This document shows positions 36,987 to 47,304 of a DNA stretch of 64,000 nucleotides, piece by piece. The position numbers and the translations under genes are program-made. Origin of the DNA: Mycobacteriales bacterium (GTDB lineage Bacteria; Actinomycetota; Actinomycetes; JAFAQI01); contig DASZTL010000108.1 in assembly GCA_035548055.1 (NCBI GenBank), positions 12,476-76,475 on the forward strand, given 5' to 3'. The notes beneath the pieces were generated by a model that saw only the letters and a list, made by a program, of their open reading frames with translations, had not been told where the DNA came from and ran no database searches. How positions within the stretch are numbered: position 1 is the stretch's first letter; each line of letters starts with the position of its first letter.

Positions 36987-37978
36987 GCATCCAGGTCCGA
37001 GACGTCAGCAAGTCCTTCGGCAACTTCCACGCTCTCGTGGATGTCAGCGTCGACATCGCACCTGGCCATCTCACCGCCGTGCTCGGTCCGAGCGGTGGCG
37101 GCAAGTCGACCCTGCTGCGGATCATCGCCGGGCTCGAAACGGCCGACCGTGGGGCCGTCCTGATCGAGGGCGCGGACGTCACCCACGTGCCGACCCGCGA
37201 TCGTGGCATCGGCTTCGTGTTCCAGCACTACGCCGCGTTCACTCATATGACGGTGTGGGAGAACGTCGCGTTCGGGCTGAAGATCGCGAAGACGCCGAGG
37301 CCACGGATCAAGAAGCGGGTCAGCGAGCTACTCGAGCTGGTGCACCTCGATGGCCTCGCGTCGCGGTACCCGTCGGAGCTGTCCGGTGGGCAACGGCAGC
37401 GCATGGCGCTGGCTCGCGCCCTTGCGGTTGAGCCGAGCCTGCTGCTGCTCGACGAGCCGTTCGGCGCACTCGACGTGAAGGTGCGGCAGGAGCTCCGCGA
37501 GTGGCTGCGACGCCTGCACGACGAGGTCCACACGACGACGGTGTTCGTCACGCACGACCAGGAAGAGGCGATGGAGATCGCCGACCAGATCATCGTGATC
37601 AACCAGGGCCGGGTGGAGCAGTCGGGTAGCCCGAACGAGCTCTATGACCGGCCGGCGAACGACTTCGTCATGGGCTTCCTCGGCCCCGTGACAACCCTGG
37701 CCGGCCGGCCCGTGCGGCCGCACGACATCCACCTCGCAACAGCGGTGTCACCCGGCTCGATCCCGGCGACGCTCGACCGGGTCGTGTCCTTGGGATTCGA
37801 GACGCGTGTCGTGGCGATCCCGCACGCCGATGCCGAGCCGGTGACGGTTCAGCTGACGCGCAACCAGATCGACGAGCTCGCCCTCGAGGTTGGCGACACG
37901 GTCTACCTAAGAGGTCAGGACGGCGACCGACAGCAGGATCGTGTCGTAACCGAAATGCACCAGGACCGGGCGAGCTAG
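36983..37978 (+). CDS. cysA: Sulfate ABC transporter ATP-binding protein
   Basis: Walker [10 protein letters not shown], signature LSGGQRQR, Walker [12 protein letters not shown] and a TOBE-like C-terminus. Confidence 0.85.
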   Translation: MSIQVRDVSKSFGNFHALVDVSVDIAPGHLTAVLGPSGGGKSTLLRIIAGLETADRGAVLIEGADVTHVPTRDRGIGFVFQHYAAFTHMTVWENVAFGLKIAKTPRPRIKKRVSELLELVHLDGLASRYPSELSGGQRQRMALARALAVEPSLLLLDEPFGALDVKVRQELREWLRRLHDEVHTTTVFVTHDQEEAMEIADQIIVINQGRVEQSGSPNELYDRPANDFVMGFLGPVTTLAGRPVRPHDIHLATAVSPGSIPATLDRVVSLGFETRVVAIPHADAEPVTVQLTRNQIDELALEVGDTVYLRGQDGDRQQDRVVTEMHQDRAS

Positions 37979-39286
37979 CCGTCCGCGCTTCTGAAACGAC
38001 CGGGTCAGCAGGTAGCCGACCGGCATCGTCATGAGGAACGCGATGCCGTAGTAGATGTGGTAGGACTCGCGCACCGCGAAACTCAGCGCGAACGCGGACC
38101 AACGGGTCCAACCGAGCTGTGAAAGCCGCGTGAGGAAGTAGCCATTGACGATGACTTCCTCGTTGATCGCGGTCGTCGCCGACAGCAGGACGGCGTAGAC
38201 GAGGTAGTACGCCGGCACGTGCGAGTTCGACTCGGCGACCTTCAAGTGGGTTTCGAGCGGCGACAACGCGATGGCAAGCAATCCGGTCAGTACGAAGGCA
38301 GCGATGAGCAGCCCGATCGAACCGGTGAGGTCGAGTCCGAACCCACGCCGCGTGAGACCAAGCCGCGACGGCGACTGCCCGGTACGGGCGAGTTGAAGCA
38401 ACGCGATCGGCACCACCAAAGCGGTGGTGACGTAGCCGAAGATCAGCAGAACCAGGCTGACGCCCGGTCTGCCTGGGAGCGGCAGGTCGAACTGATTGAG
38501 ATCGCCCACACCACCGAGATGCTGCGCGAGAATCGCGACGGCTCCGGCGATGCCAGGCAACGCGAACGCCATGACGATGAAGGCGGTCTCCCACCCCAGC
38601 CAGCGGGACTGCGGTCCCGCCGCCACCACCGCGACTGTCTGCGGCGTCAGCCCGGGATCTCGAGTTGCCAACGGGATCGACCCGTCTGCGGCAAGCCGGT
38701 CGTGCTCGGCGAGCTTCGCGGCGACCGCGCCCTGGGTCGGGCCGAATCCCTGCGCGAGATGCGCCGCCCGCGTGACCCACGCCGCGTCGGCCGAGCGGGC
38801 GAACGTCCAGCTCGCCGGAATGATCCGACCGTCAGTGCAGACGACGACCAACCGCTGGAACTGACCCCGCGCGACCCGTTCCACCGCGAGGCCGAGCACC
38901 TGCGCCCGCGGTATCCGGTGGTGAGCGAGCACGTCGTTCACCGTGGTGTTCCAGGGATCGAGTACGAGGCCGACCCGCAAGGTGCGAAGGAAGAGCCCGA
39001 CCAGGACGACCGCAGCGACGCCGACGATCGCACGAGTCGCGCCATCCAGCTCGCGGTCGAAGATCCCCGGGACGAAGAGCAGTTCGCCGACCACGCACAG
39101 GACGAGCGTGGCGGTGACCGGCCAGCTGGTGCGAACCCGCAACGACGGGGGCTTCAGCTGCGGCGGCTGGTCGGTGTCCACGACTCTGCCAAGGTGAGGA
39201 AGCGGTCGTTCTCCTCGGGCAGGCCGATCGTCACCCGGACCCCTTCGCCGGCAAACGGCCGTACGAGGACGTTGTCGGCTGAACAA
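37907..39286 (-). CDS. CPBP-family (CAAX protease/Abi) intramembrane glutamic endopeptidase fused to an N-terminal membrane and soluble region. The true start is probably downstream of 39286.
   Basis: C-terminal CPBP motifs NEEVIVNGY (EExxxR-like), ESYHIYYG and LVHFGYDT. The 3' end overlaps cysA convergently by 72 nt, and the 5' extension overlaps the aminotransferase by 132 nt. Confidence 0.6.
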   Translation of the reverse strand: MFSRQRPRTAVCRRRGPGDDRPARGERPLPHLGRVVDTDQPPQLKPPSLRVRTSWPVTATLVLCVVGELLFVPGIFDRELDGATRAIVGVAAVVLVGLFLRTLRVGLVLDPWNTTVNDVLAHHRIPRAQVLGLAVERVARGQFQRLVVVCTDGRIIPASWTFARSADAAWVTRAAHLAQGFGPTQGAVAAKLAEHDRLAADGSIPLATRDPGLTPQTVAVVAAGPQSRWLGWETAFIVMAFALPGIAGAVAILAQHLGGVGDLNQFDLPLPGRPGVSLVLLIFGYVTTALVVPIALLQLARTGQSPSRLGLTRRGFGLDLTGSIGLLIAAFVLTGLLAIALSPLETHLKVAESNSHVPAYYLVYAVLLSATTAINEEVIVNGYFLTRLSQLGWTRWSAFALSFAVRESYHIYYGIAFLMTMPVGYLLTRSFQKRGRLARPVLVHFGYDTILLSVAVLTS

Positions 39287-40215
39287 TGCTCAGCGAACCG
39301 CATCGCCTCATCGCCGATCGGCAGCCACACGAAGTTTGCCTGGGACAGCGGGATCTCGTAGCCGGTGCTGCGCAGCGCGGCTGCAACCCGCTCTCGTTCG
39401 GTCACCGTCTCAGCCGCTCGTCGTCGTACCTCTTCCTCGTCGCCGAGCGCCGCGATCGCGCATTGTTGGGCGAGACCGCTGACGCTGAACGGCACCTGCG
39501 TCTTGCGCACTGCCGCGACGACGTCGCTCGCTCCGATGCAGTAGCCGACCCGCAACCCCGCGAGTGCGAACGCTTTCGAGAAGGTGCGCGTGACGACGAC
39601 GTTCGGCCGGTCGCGGAAGGCAACGGTGGCATCCGGGACGAGGGCAGAGTCCGCGTAGTGGTGATAGGCCTCGTCGATCACGACCAGGACGTCATCCGGA
39701 ACTCGGTCGACGAATCGAGTCAGCTCGTCACCGACCGCGGTGCCGGTCGGGTTGTTCGGGTTGCAGACAAGCACGAGCCTGGTGCGCGGCGTGATCGCAG
39801 CGATCATCGCCTCGAGGTCGTGGATCTCGTCGCGCAGCGGGACCTTGACCGCCGTCCCGCCGACCACGGTGGTGATGATCGGGTAGGCCTCGAAGGCGCG
39901 CCAACCGAAGATGACCTCGTCACCGCTGTCGACCACGGCGGCGGCGAGCTGCCCTACGACCTCGACGCTGCCCGCACCGACCGCGACCTGTTCGGCCGCG
40001 ACACCGTGGTACGCGGCGATCGTCTCGAGGAGCGCAGCGGACGTCATATCCGGGTAGCGGCTCACGCCGGCGGTCAGGCCGTCGATCGTCGCCGCGACAG
40101 CCGGGAGCAGACCGTACGGCGACTCGTTGCTCGCGAGCACGACGGCGCCCGGGGACTTGCGGCCGGCGATGTAGGTCGGCAGCGTCGCCATGGCCGGTCG
40201 CAAGCGGACAGTCAC
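39154..40215 (-). CDS. Histidinol-phosphate/aromatic aminotransferase (class II, HisC family)
   Basis: VCNPNNPTG motif and the PLP lysine region RTFSKAFALAGLRVGY. Confidence 0.8.
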   Translation of the reverse strand: MTVRLRPAMATLPTYIAGRKSPGAVVLASNESPYGLLPAVAATIDGLTAGVSRYPDMTSAALLETIAAYHGVAAEQVAVGAGSVEVVGQLAAAVVDSGDEVIFGWRAFEAYPIITTVVGGTAVKVPLRDEIHDLEAMIAAITPRTRLVLVCNPNNPTGTAVGDELTRFVDRVPDDVLVVIDEAYHHYADSALVPDATVAFRDRPNVVVTRTFSKAFALAGLRVGYCIGASDVVAAVRKTQVPFSVSGLAQQCAIAALGDEEEVRRRAAETVTERERVAAALRSTGYEIPLSQANFVWLPIGDEAMRFAEHCSADNVLVRPFAGEGVRVTIGLPEENDRFLTLAESWTPTSRRS

Positions 40216-40252
40216 GTCGTACAGCCTGCCCTACCCCGCGGATCTCGCGCGC

Positions 40253-41434
<1,182 letters not shown>

Positions 41435-41443
41435 CTAGGCAAT

Positions 41444-41920
41444 ATGTCCAGTATCGACGGCCTTGATGGCCGGATCATCGCACTATTTGCCACCGAGCCG
41501 CGCATCGGCGTGCTCGAAGCGTCGCGCCGGCTGGGTGTCGCGCGAGGCACCGTGCAGGCCCGGCTGGACCGCCTCGAGCGCGACGGGGTGATCACCAGCT
41601 GGGCGCCGTCGGTGGACTCCGGCGCGCTCGGGTTCCCGGTATCCGCCTTCGCGACGCTGGAGATCGCGCAGGGCCACGGACACGATGGCGTCGCCGCGCA
41701 CCTGCGGACGATCCCTGAGGTGCTTGAGGCTCACACGATCACCGGCGAGGCCGACATGATGCTGCGGCTCGTCGCCCGGTCGAACTCCGACCTGCAACGA
41801 GTCATCGACCAAGTCGTGACATCTCCCGATGTCACCCGCGCATCGACGGTGATCGTGCTGTCGAGCGAGGTGCCGATGCGAATGCTGCCGTTGGTGGAAG
41901 TCGCGACATCCGAGGCCTAG
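41444..41920 (+). CDS. Lrp/AsnC family transcriptional regulator, divergent from hppD
   Basis: [46 protein letters not shown] (HTH_AsnC) plus a C-terminal RAM domain. Confidence 0.8.
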   Translation: MSSIDGLDGRIIALFATEPRIGVLEASRRLGVARGTVQARLDRLERDGVITSWAPSVDSGALGFPVSAFATLEIAQGHGHDGVAAHLRTIPEVLEAHTITGEADMMLRLVARSNSDLQRVIDQVVTSPDVTRASTVIVLSSEVPMRMLPLVEVATSEA

Positions 41921-41930
41921 CCTCCGGGGC

Positions 41931-42890
41931 ATGGACGTCATGGTCCCGGCGCCGGGTGACACCTCACCGCTTGAGCGGTTCGAGGCGTACGTCGCGGCGG
42001 AAGGAAAGGTCGAGTCCGACACCTGGATGCCGGACGCCTACCGCAACACGCTGGTGCGGCAGATCTCGCAGCACGCGCACTCCGAGATCATCGGCATGCA
42101 GCCCGAAGGCAACTGGCTGACGCGTGCTCCCTCGCTGCAACGAAAGGCCATCCTGCTGGCAAAGGTGCAGGACGAGGCGGGTCATGGCCTTTACCTGTAC
42201 GCCGCCGCCGAGACGCTCGGCGCCTCACGCGACGACATGGTCGACGCGCTTCTTGCCGGCACTGCGAAGTACTCCTCGATCTTCAACTACCCGACGCCGA
42301 CATGGGCCGACATCGGTGCGATCGGCTGGCTTGTCGACGGCGCCGCGATCATGAACCAGGTGCCGTTGTGTCGCTGCTCTTACGGGCCGTACGCGCGGGC
42401 GATGAAGCGGATCTGCAAAGAGGAGTCGTTTCACCAACGGCAGGGATTCGACATCCTCCTGACGCTGTGCCGCGGCACCGACGCGCAGCGTGCGATGGCG
42501 CAAGACGCGCTCGACCGCTGGTGGTGGCCGTCGCTGATGATGTTCGGGCCGCACGACGCCGACTCGCCGCACTCCGCCACGTCGATGCGCTGGCGGATCA
42601 AGCGCTTCAGCAACGACGAGCTGCGGCAGCGTTTCGTCGACGTGACCGCGCCGCAGGCGAGCTATCTCGGGTTGCGAATCCCGGACGACGATCTCGCCTA
42701 CGACGAGAGGACGGGACATTGGCGGTTCGGTGAGCCGGATTGGGATGAGTTTCACCGCGTGCTCGCCGGCGACGGGCCATGTAGCGCCGAACGGATCGAG
42801 CGTCGTACCCGTGCACACGCTGAAGGCGCCTGGGTTCGCGAGGCGGCGGACGCTTACGCCCGAAGGCACGCGGAAACGACTGCGGCGTGA
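41931..42890 (+). CDS. paaA: 1,2-phenylacetyl-CoA epoxidase subunit A
   Basis: Di-iron ferritin-like motifs ([12 protein letters not shown]; EESFHQRQG). Confidence 0.85.
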   Translation: MDVMVPAPGDTSPLERFEAYVAAEGKVESDTWMPDAYRNTLVRQISQHAHSEIIGMQPEGNWLTRAPSLQRKAILLAKVQDEAGHGLYLYAAAETLGASRDDMVDALLAGTAKYSSIFNYPTPTWADIGAIGWLVDGAAIMNQVPLCRCSYGPYARAMKRICKEESFHQRQGFDILLTLCRGTDAQRAMAQDALDRWWWPSLMMFGPHDADSPHSATSMRWRIKRFSNDELRQRFVDVTAPQASYLGLRIPDDDLAYDERTGHWRFGEPDWDEFHRVLAGDGPCSAERIERRTRAHAEGAWVREAADAYARRHAETTAA

Positions 42891-43177
42891 CTACCTCACG
42901 AAGACTCGATCTGTGGGAGGTGTTCGTTCGCGCTCGAGGTGGGTTGCACCACGCGCATGTCGGCAGCATCCACGCGAGCGATGCCGAGATGGCGCTCGAG
43001 AACGCGCGCGACGTGTTCACCCGACGCGGGGAGGCGGCAAGCCTCTGGGTAGTTCCCTCAGATGCGATCGTCGCGAGCGATCCCGCGGACGCCGACGAGC
43101 TGTTCGCACCTGCGCTGGACAAGGAGTTCCGGCATCCAACCTTCTACGAGGTGCCTGACGGTGTCGCCAACCTCTGA
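42887..43177 (+). CDS. paaB: 1,2-phenylacetyl-CoA epoxidase subunit B
   Basis: [39 protein letters not shown] ... FRHPTFY, the PaaB signature. Confidence 0.8.
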   Translation: MTTSRRLDLWEVFVRARGGLHHAHVGSIHASDAEMALENARDVFTRRGEAASLWVVPSDAIVASDPADADELFAPALDKEFRHPTFYEVPDGVANL

Positions 43178-43838
43178 GATCGCACAGCTGCCCGGCGTCG
43201 AGGCGGTGGCCGACGGTTGTCTGTTGCTGTCGCACCGGCTGACGCAATGGGTCGGCGACGCGCCCACCATGGAGGAAGACGTCGCGCTCGGCAACCTCGC
43301 GCTCGACCTGCTGGGTCAAGCGCGCGGCCTGCTGTCCGTCCTCGGCGAGGAAGATCAGCTCGCCTACTTCCGCGATGCCGACGACTTCTGCAATCCGGCG
43401 ATCTGCGCGACACCGAATGGCGACTTCGCCAAGACGATGCTGCGCCAGGTGTTCGTGGACTGCTGGCTCGAGCTCGTGTGGGCAGCGTTCGCCGGCCACG
43501 ACGACGAGGTCGTGCGAGGCGTCGCGGCCAAGGCTGCGAAGGAGAACGCCTACCACCGGCGGCACTCGCGGGCGTGGGTGGTGCGGCTCGGCGACGGGAC
43601 CGAGGAGTCGCGCCGCCGAATGCTGCTCGCGCTCGACGAGCTGTGGCCCCTCACCGCCGAGATCGCGGTGTCGGGTTGGCGCGAGGCCATCACCGACGTA
43701 CTCGTCGAAGCGACGGTCCCGGTGCCGGCCGCCGCGCCTCGAGACGAAGCGGCGATCGCCGGATGCGCGGCGGCGCGACGGGAGCTGCTCGAGGAGATGC
43801 AGTCGCTGGCACGCGCACACCCGGGTGCGACGTGGTGA
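43161..43838 (+). CDS. paaC: 1,2-phenylacetyl-CoA epoxidase subunit C
   Basis: Ferritin-like PaaC sequence. GTG start chosen to avoid a 116-nt overlap with paaB. Confidence 0.7.
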   Translation: MSPTSEIAQLPGVEAVADGCLLLSHRLTQWVGDAPTMEEDVALGNLALDLLGQARGLLSVLGEEDQLAYFRDADDFCNPAICATPNGDFAKTMLRQVFVDCWLELVWAAFAGHDDEVVRGVAAKAAKENAYHRRHSRAWVVRLGDGTEESRRRMLLALDELWPLTAEIAVSGWREAITDVLVEATVPVPAAAPRDEAAIAGCAAARRELLEEMQSLARAHPGATW

Positions 43839-44320
43839 CCGCCGCAGTCGCCCGCGCCTGGAAGCTGCTCGCACATGTGATGGATCCGGAGATCCCAGTG
43901 CTGTCGGTGCTTGATCTCGGCATCGTCCGCGACGTGGTGGAGTCGCCGGACCGAAGAAGCGTCGAGGTGACGGTGACCCCGACCTACTCCGGATGCCCCG
44001 CGACAGAGGTGATCGTCACCGACATACGGAGCGCGCTGGCGGCGTCGTACGACGAGATCGAGGTTCACGTGCAGCTGCTGCCGCCGTGGACGACGGACTG
44101 GATGAGCGATACCGGACGGGAAGCGTTGCGCGAACTCGGCATCGTGGCGCCGAACGGGCGCGCAGTCCTGCGTATCGCCGGCAGCGATCGGCCGGATGCA
44201 TGCCCGCAATGCGGGTCACACGACGTCGAGGAGCTCGCGGGGTTCGGCTCGACGCCGTGCAAGGCGCTGTGGCGATGCACGTCGTGTCGTGAGCCGTTCG
44301 ACTACTTCAAGGTGCACTGA
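43832..44320 (+). CDS. paaD: Phenylacetate-CoA oxygenase subunit PaaD (PaaJ-type)
   Basis: LLAHVMDPEIPVLSVLDLGIVRDV and a C-terminal CPQCGSHDVEE...CTSC zinc ribbon. GTG start overlaps the paaC stop. Confidence 0.7.
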   Translation: MVTAAVARAWKLLAHVMDPEIPVLSVLDLGIVRDVVESPDRRSVEVTVTPTYSGCPATEVIVTDIRSALAASYDEIEVHVQLLPPWTTDWMSDTGREALRELGIVAPNGRAVLRIAGSDRPDACPQCGSHDVEELAGFGSTPCKALWRCTSCREPFDYFKVH

Positions 44321-44329
44321 ACACCCGAG

Positions 44330-45397
44330 ATGGCGCGCACCTACTACCCGCTACGGGTGGCGGACGTCCGACGGGAGACGGCCGACACCGTCTCCATCGC
44401 GTTGGATGTGCCGGACGAGTTGCGGGAGACGTTTCGCTTCTCCCCCGGGCAGTTCGTCGGCTTCCGGGTGTCGGGACCGCGCGGCAAGGTGACGCGGTCG
44501 TACTCGATCTGCAGCGGGATCGATGACGACGAGCTGCGGGTTGTTGTCAAGCACCTACCAGGTGGAGTGTTCGGCACGCTGGCCAATACGACGCTTGCCG
44601 TCGGCGACGTGCTCGACACGTTGCCTCCGATGGGGCGGTTCACTGTGGCGGTCGAGGCGTCGGCGTCGCGCCGCTACCTCGGCCTCGCTGCGGGCAGCGG
44701 GATCGGTCCCGTCATGTCGGTGCTGCGATCCGTTCTTGCGCGCGAGCCTGGCAGCGAGTTCACCCTGGTCTACGGGAACCGCTCAGCCGCGTCGACGATC
44801 TTTCGCGACGCCTTGTGCGATCTGAAGGACCGCTACCTGTCCCGGCTGACGCTGATCCATCTCTTCAGCCGCGAACAGCAGGCGACATCACTGCTCAACG
44901 GGAAGCTCACCGAAGCGAAGCTGCACGAGCTCGCGTCGACGCTGCTCGATGTGCCGTCGTACGACCATGCGTTCGTCTGCGGCCCGGAGCCGATGACGGT
45001 GAAGCTGCGCGACGGGTTGCGCTCATTCGGCATCCCGACCGAGCGGGTGCACATGGAGTTGTTCGGGGTGCACGGCTCGGCGCCCGGCCCTGACATCGCT
45101 GCTGTTGCCGGCGAACAGGACGTGCGCCTGACGGTGACGTTGTCCGGGACGACGTCGACGGTGTCGACGAACCGGTCCGCGACGGTGCTGGACGCCGTGG
45201 CGGCTGCCGGCATGGATGCGCCGTACTCCTGCACCGGCGGCGTCTGCGCGACGTGTCGCGCGAAGGTGACCTCGGGGACCGTCGAGATGAAGGTCAATTA
45301 CGCGCTGGAGCCATGGGAGCTCGAGGCGGGCTTCGTCCTCACCTGCCAGTCCCTTCCGACCTCCGACCAAGTGACCGTCGACTACGACGCAGTCTGA
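44330..45397 (+). CDS. paaE: Phenylacetate-CoA oxygenase reductase subunit
   Basis: FNR-like RxYS flavin motif (RSYSICS), an NAD-binding module and a C-terminal plant-type 2Fe-2S cluster (CTGGVCATC...C). Confidence 0.85.
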   Translation: MARTYYPLRVADVRRETADTVSIALDVPDELRETFRFSPGQFVGFRVSGPRGKVTRSYSICSGIDDDELRVVVKHLPGGVFGTLANTTLAVGDVLDTLPPMGRFTVAVEASASRRYLGLAAGSGIGPVMSVLRSVLAREPGSEFTLVYGNRSAASTIFRDALCDLKDRYLSRLTLIHLFSREQQATSLLNGKLTEAKLHELASTLLDVPSYDHAFVCGPEPMTVKLRDGLRSFGIPTERVHMELFGVHGSAPGPDIAAVAGEQDVRLTVTLSGTTSTVSTNRSATVLDAVAAAGMDAPYSCTGGVCATCRAKVTSGTVEMKVNYALEPWELEAGFVLTCQSLPTSDQVTVDYDAV

Positions 45398-45400
45398 CGG

Positions 45401-45709
45401 TCAGCCGAGTGCTGACGCGCTCCCTGCCATGAGGACTTCTCCGAGCTGACGGCTCGGCGGCTCAGCGAGATGCGGTACGACGTACTCGACCATCCATGGG
45501 CTACCGATGTCAGTCGCGATCTGGTCCAGCCGCTCGGCGGTGTCTGCCGTGATGATCAGGACGACCTCGTCGCTGGAGATCCCGACGACCTGCAGCGAAT
45601 GGAACCCCTCGACCTGGCGCATCTGCGCGAGAACCTCTTCAGCCGGTTCGCCCCACACGGCTGCCGGGATCGGGTTCTTGAGGCGCAGACGATTCACCAC
45701 CGAGTACAT
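45401..45709 (-). CDS. ABM/Dabb-like small alpha+beta barrel protein (about 102 aa); the family assignment is tentative
   Basis: Start corrected to an internal ATG. Sequence MYSVVNRLRLKNPIPAAVWGEPAEEVLAQMRQVEGFHSLQVV... The upstream 70 aa of the track ORF is low-complexity. Confidence 0.45.
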   Translation of the reverse strand: MYSVVNRLRLKNPIPAAVWGEPAEEVLAQMRQVEGFHSLQVVGISSDEVVLIITADTAERLDQIATDIGSPWMVEYVVPHLAEPPSRQLGEVLMAGSASALG

Positions 45710-45878
45710 GGAAGGCAAAGTACCTGTCGTTTCGTCCAACTGGGGACGTGGCACCGGACAGAGCAGTTGTGGAGAACCTCGGGCAGAAGACCTCGACAAC
45801 GCCACAAACACCGAGGACTTCTCCTCGCCGAAAGGAACCGGCCACCGTGCGTTCACCTGCGCCGAGCAGACTCCTGCC

Positions 45879-46394
45879 GTGCGCACTCCTCCAGTCGTCC
45901 TGTTCGCTTGCGTCCACAACAGCGGCCGGTCGGTAGCCGCGAAGGTTCTGGCCCAGCACTACGGCGGAGACGCGCTGGAGGTGAGGTCAGCCGGGTCGGA
46001 GCCCGGCGACGGCGTGAACCCGCAAGTTGCCGCCGTACTGGCCGACCGAGGGCTGATCACCAACGATCACACGCCGTCCCTTCTCACCTATGACGGCGTG
46101 CAAGAGGCCGATGTGGTGGTCACGATGGGCTGCGGTGAGACCTGCCCGGTGTTCCCCGGCAAGACCTACGAGGACTGGCAGGTTGACGATCCAGCCGGAC
46201 AGGACCGGCAGACCGTCGAACGGATCGTGGACGACATCGACAGCCGGGTTCGGGACTTGCTCAGCCGTCTCGACTCGTCCGCGAGCGGCTCGAACCTGTC
46301 CGTGTCTCAGCTCGCCATAGGGCGGTCAGACACGGACAAGTCCGCTCGGGAAGAGCCACCAGTCGACGACGTCGAGGCCCGACTGTTGCGCTGA
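45879..46394 (+). CDS. Low-molecular-weight protein-tyrosine-phosphatase-fold protein (ArsC/arsenate-mycothiol-transferase-like)
   Basis: P-loop CVHNSGRS (CX5R) and a downstream MGCGETCP...DW. The start is uncertain: GTG 45879 is chosen here, and ATG 45708 would give a long N-terminal extension. Confidence 0.6.
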   Translation: MRTPPVVLFACVHNSGRSVAAKVLAQHYGGDALEVRSAGSEPGDGVNPQVAAVLADRGLITNDHTPSLLTYDGVQEADVVVTMGCGETCPVFPGKTYEDWQVDDPAGQDRQTVERIVDDIDSRVRDLLSRLDSSASGSNLSVSQLAIGRSDTDKSAREEPPVDDVEARLLR

Positions 46395-46400
46395 GGCCAG

Positions 46401-47036
46401 TCAGGCGGGGGTGACGGGTTCGGGCATCAGGTGGGCCAGAGCGCCCGTGAGATAGCGCACGGACCACACGATCATCGCGAGGATGCTGACGGCGTCGACC
46501 ACTCGGACCGCGACAAACGCGCCGACGCCCAGGACGAGAAGCACGACGAGCTGAATCGCCGCGGCACCGGCAAAGAAGAGCCCGAACCACAGCGAGACTC
46601 GGCGGAAGACGGTCCGGTACTCGTCCGTCGCCTGAATCTCCTCGGGGATCGGGAAGATCTCGCGGGCGAAGGTCGCCGCCAGCGGCTTGTCGATCGCTAC
46701 CGACCCGAGCCAGAGCAGCCCGTTGATCACGCCGAGCGCCGCCGGCTGTACGAGGTAGGCGGTGGCGCTGTCGGTGACTACCCCGACGACAGCGGCCGCC
46801 AACACGAAGATAAGGACGACTTGCGCGATCAGCCCCGGACGGCCTTGCCGGCGTTCGTAGGCGTAGATGACCACCGATGCCGCGGTGCCGACGCCGACCC
46901 CGATGAGGAGGCTGCCGGTCGCCTTCCACGCGGCATAGAAGGCGAGCGGCGGAGCCAGGATGTCGAGCATCAACCGCGGACCCACGGCCCGCAGCAAACC
47001 CGAGCTGGTTGGGATCTCTGCGATGTCAACGGACAT
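46401..47036 (-). CDS. Hypothetical integral membrane protein (6 TM)
   Basis: Start corrected to the internal ATG (MSVDIAEIP). Hydrophobic segments throughout. Confidence 0.5.
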   Translation of the reverse strand: MSVDIAEIPTSSGLLRAVGPRLMLDILAPPLAFYAAWKATGSLLIGVGVGTAASVVIYAYERRQGRPGLIAQVVLIFVLAAAVVGVVTDSATAYLVQPAALGVINGLLWLGSVAIDKPLAATFAREIFPIPEEIQATDEYRTVFRRVSLWFGLFFAGAAAIQLVVLLVLGVGAFVAVRVVDAVSILAMIVWSVRYLTGALAHLMPEPVTPA

Positions 47037-47304
47037 CGGGGCACCGTACGCCGATTCGGCGACTGTGACGACCGAGGTCGCCCGTCGTCGACGGGGTATG
47101 ACGAGACCTAGGCGTCTGCCTTGTCGAGGCCGAGGGTGCGCGCGCATGTCCGCGGTCGTGTTCGTGTGAGGGAACGACTCGTCCGGCACAGCCATCCCGA
47201 GCCGCTCGCAGATCGGCTCCCAGCCGTCTGAGGCCTGCCACTCGAGCAGCGTGCGGTTGCCGCTTGAGCACGCTCTAACGTTCTCAGGAGGCAATCGCGA
47301 GCGG

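Noticed and set aside
45707-45710. Overlapping divergent start codons (minus ATG 45709-45707 and plus ATG 45708-45710)
   Set aside because: The plus-strand ATG would give the ArsC-like protein a roughly 57-aa non-homologous N-terminal extension. GTG 45879 gives a canonical LMW-PTP length, so the overlap is probably coincidental.
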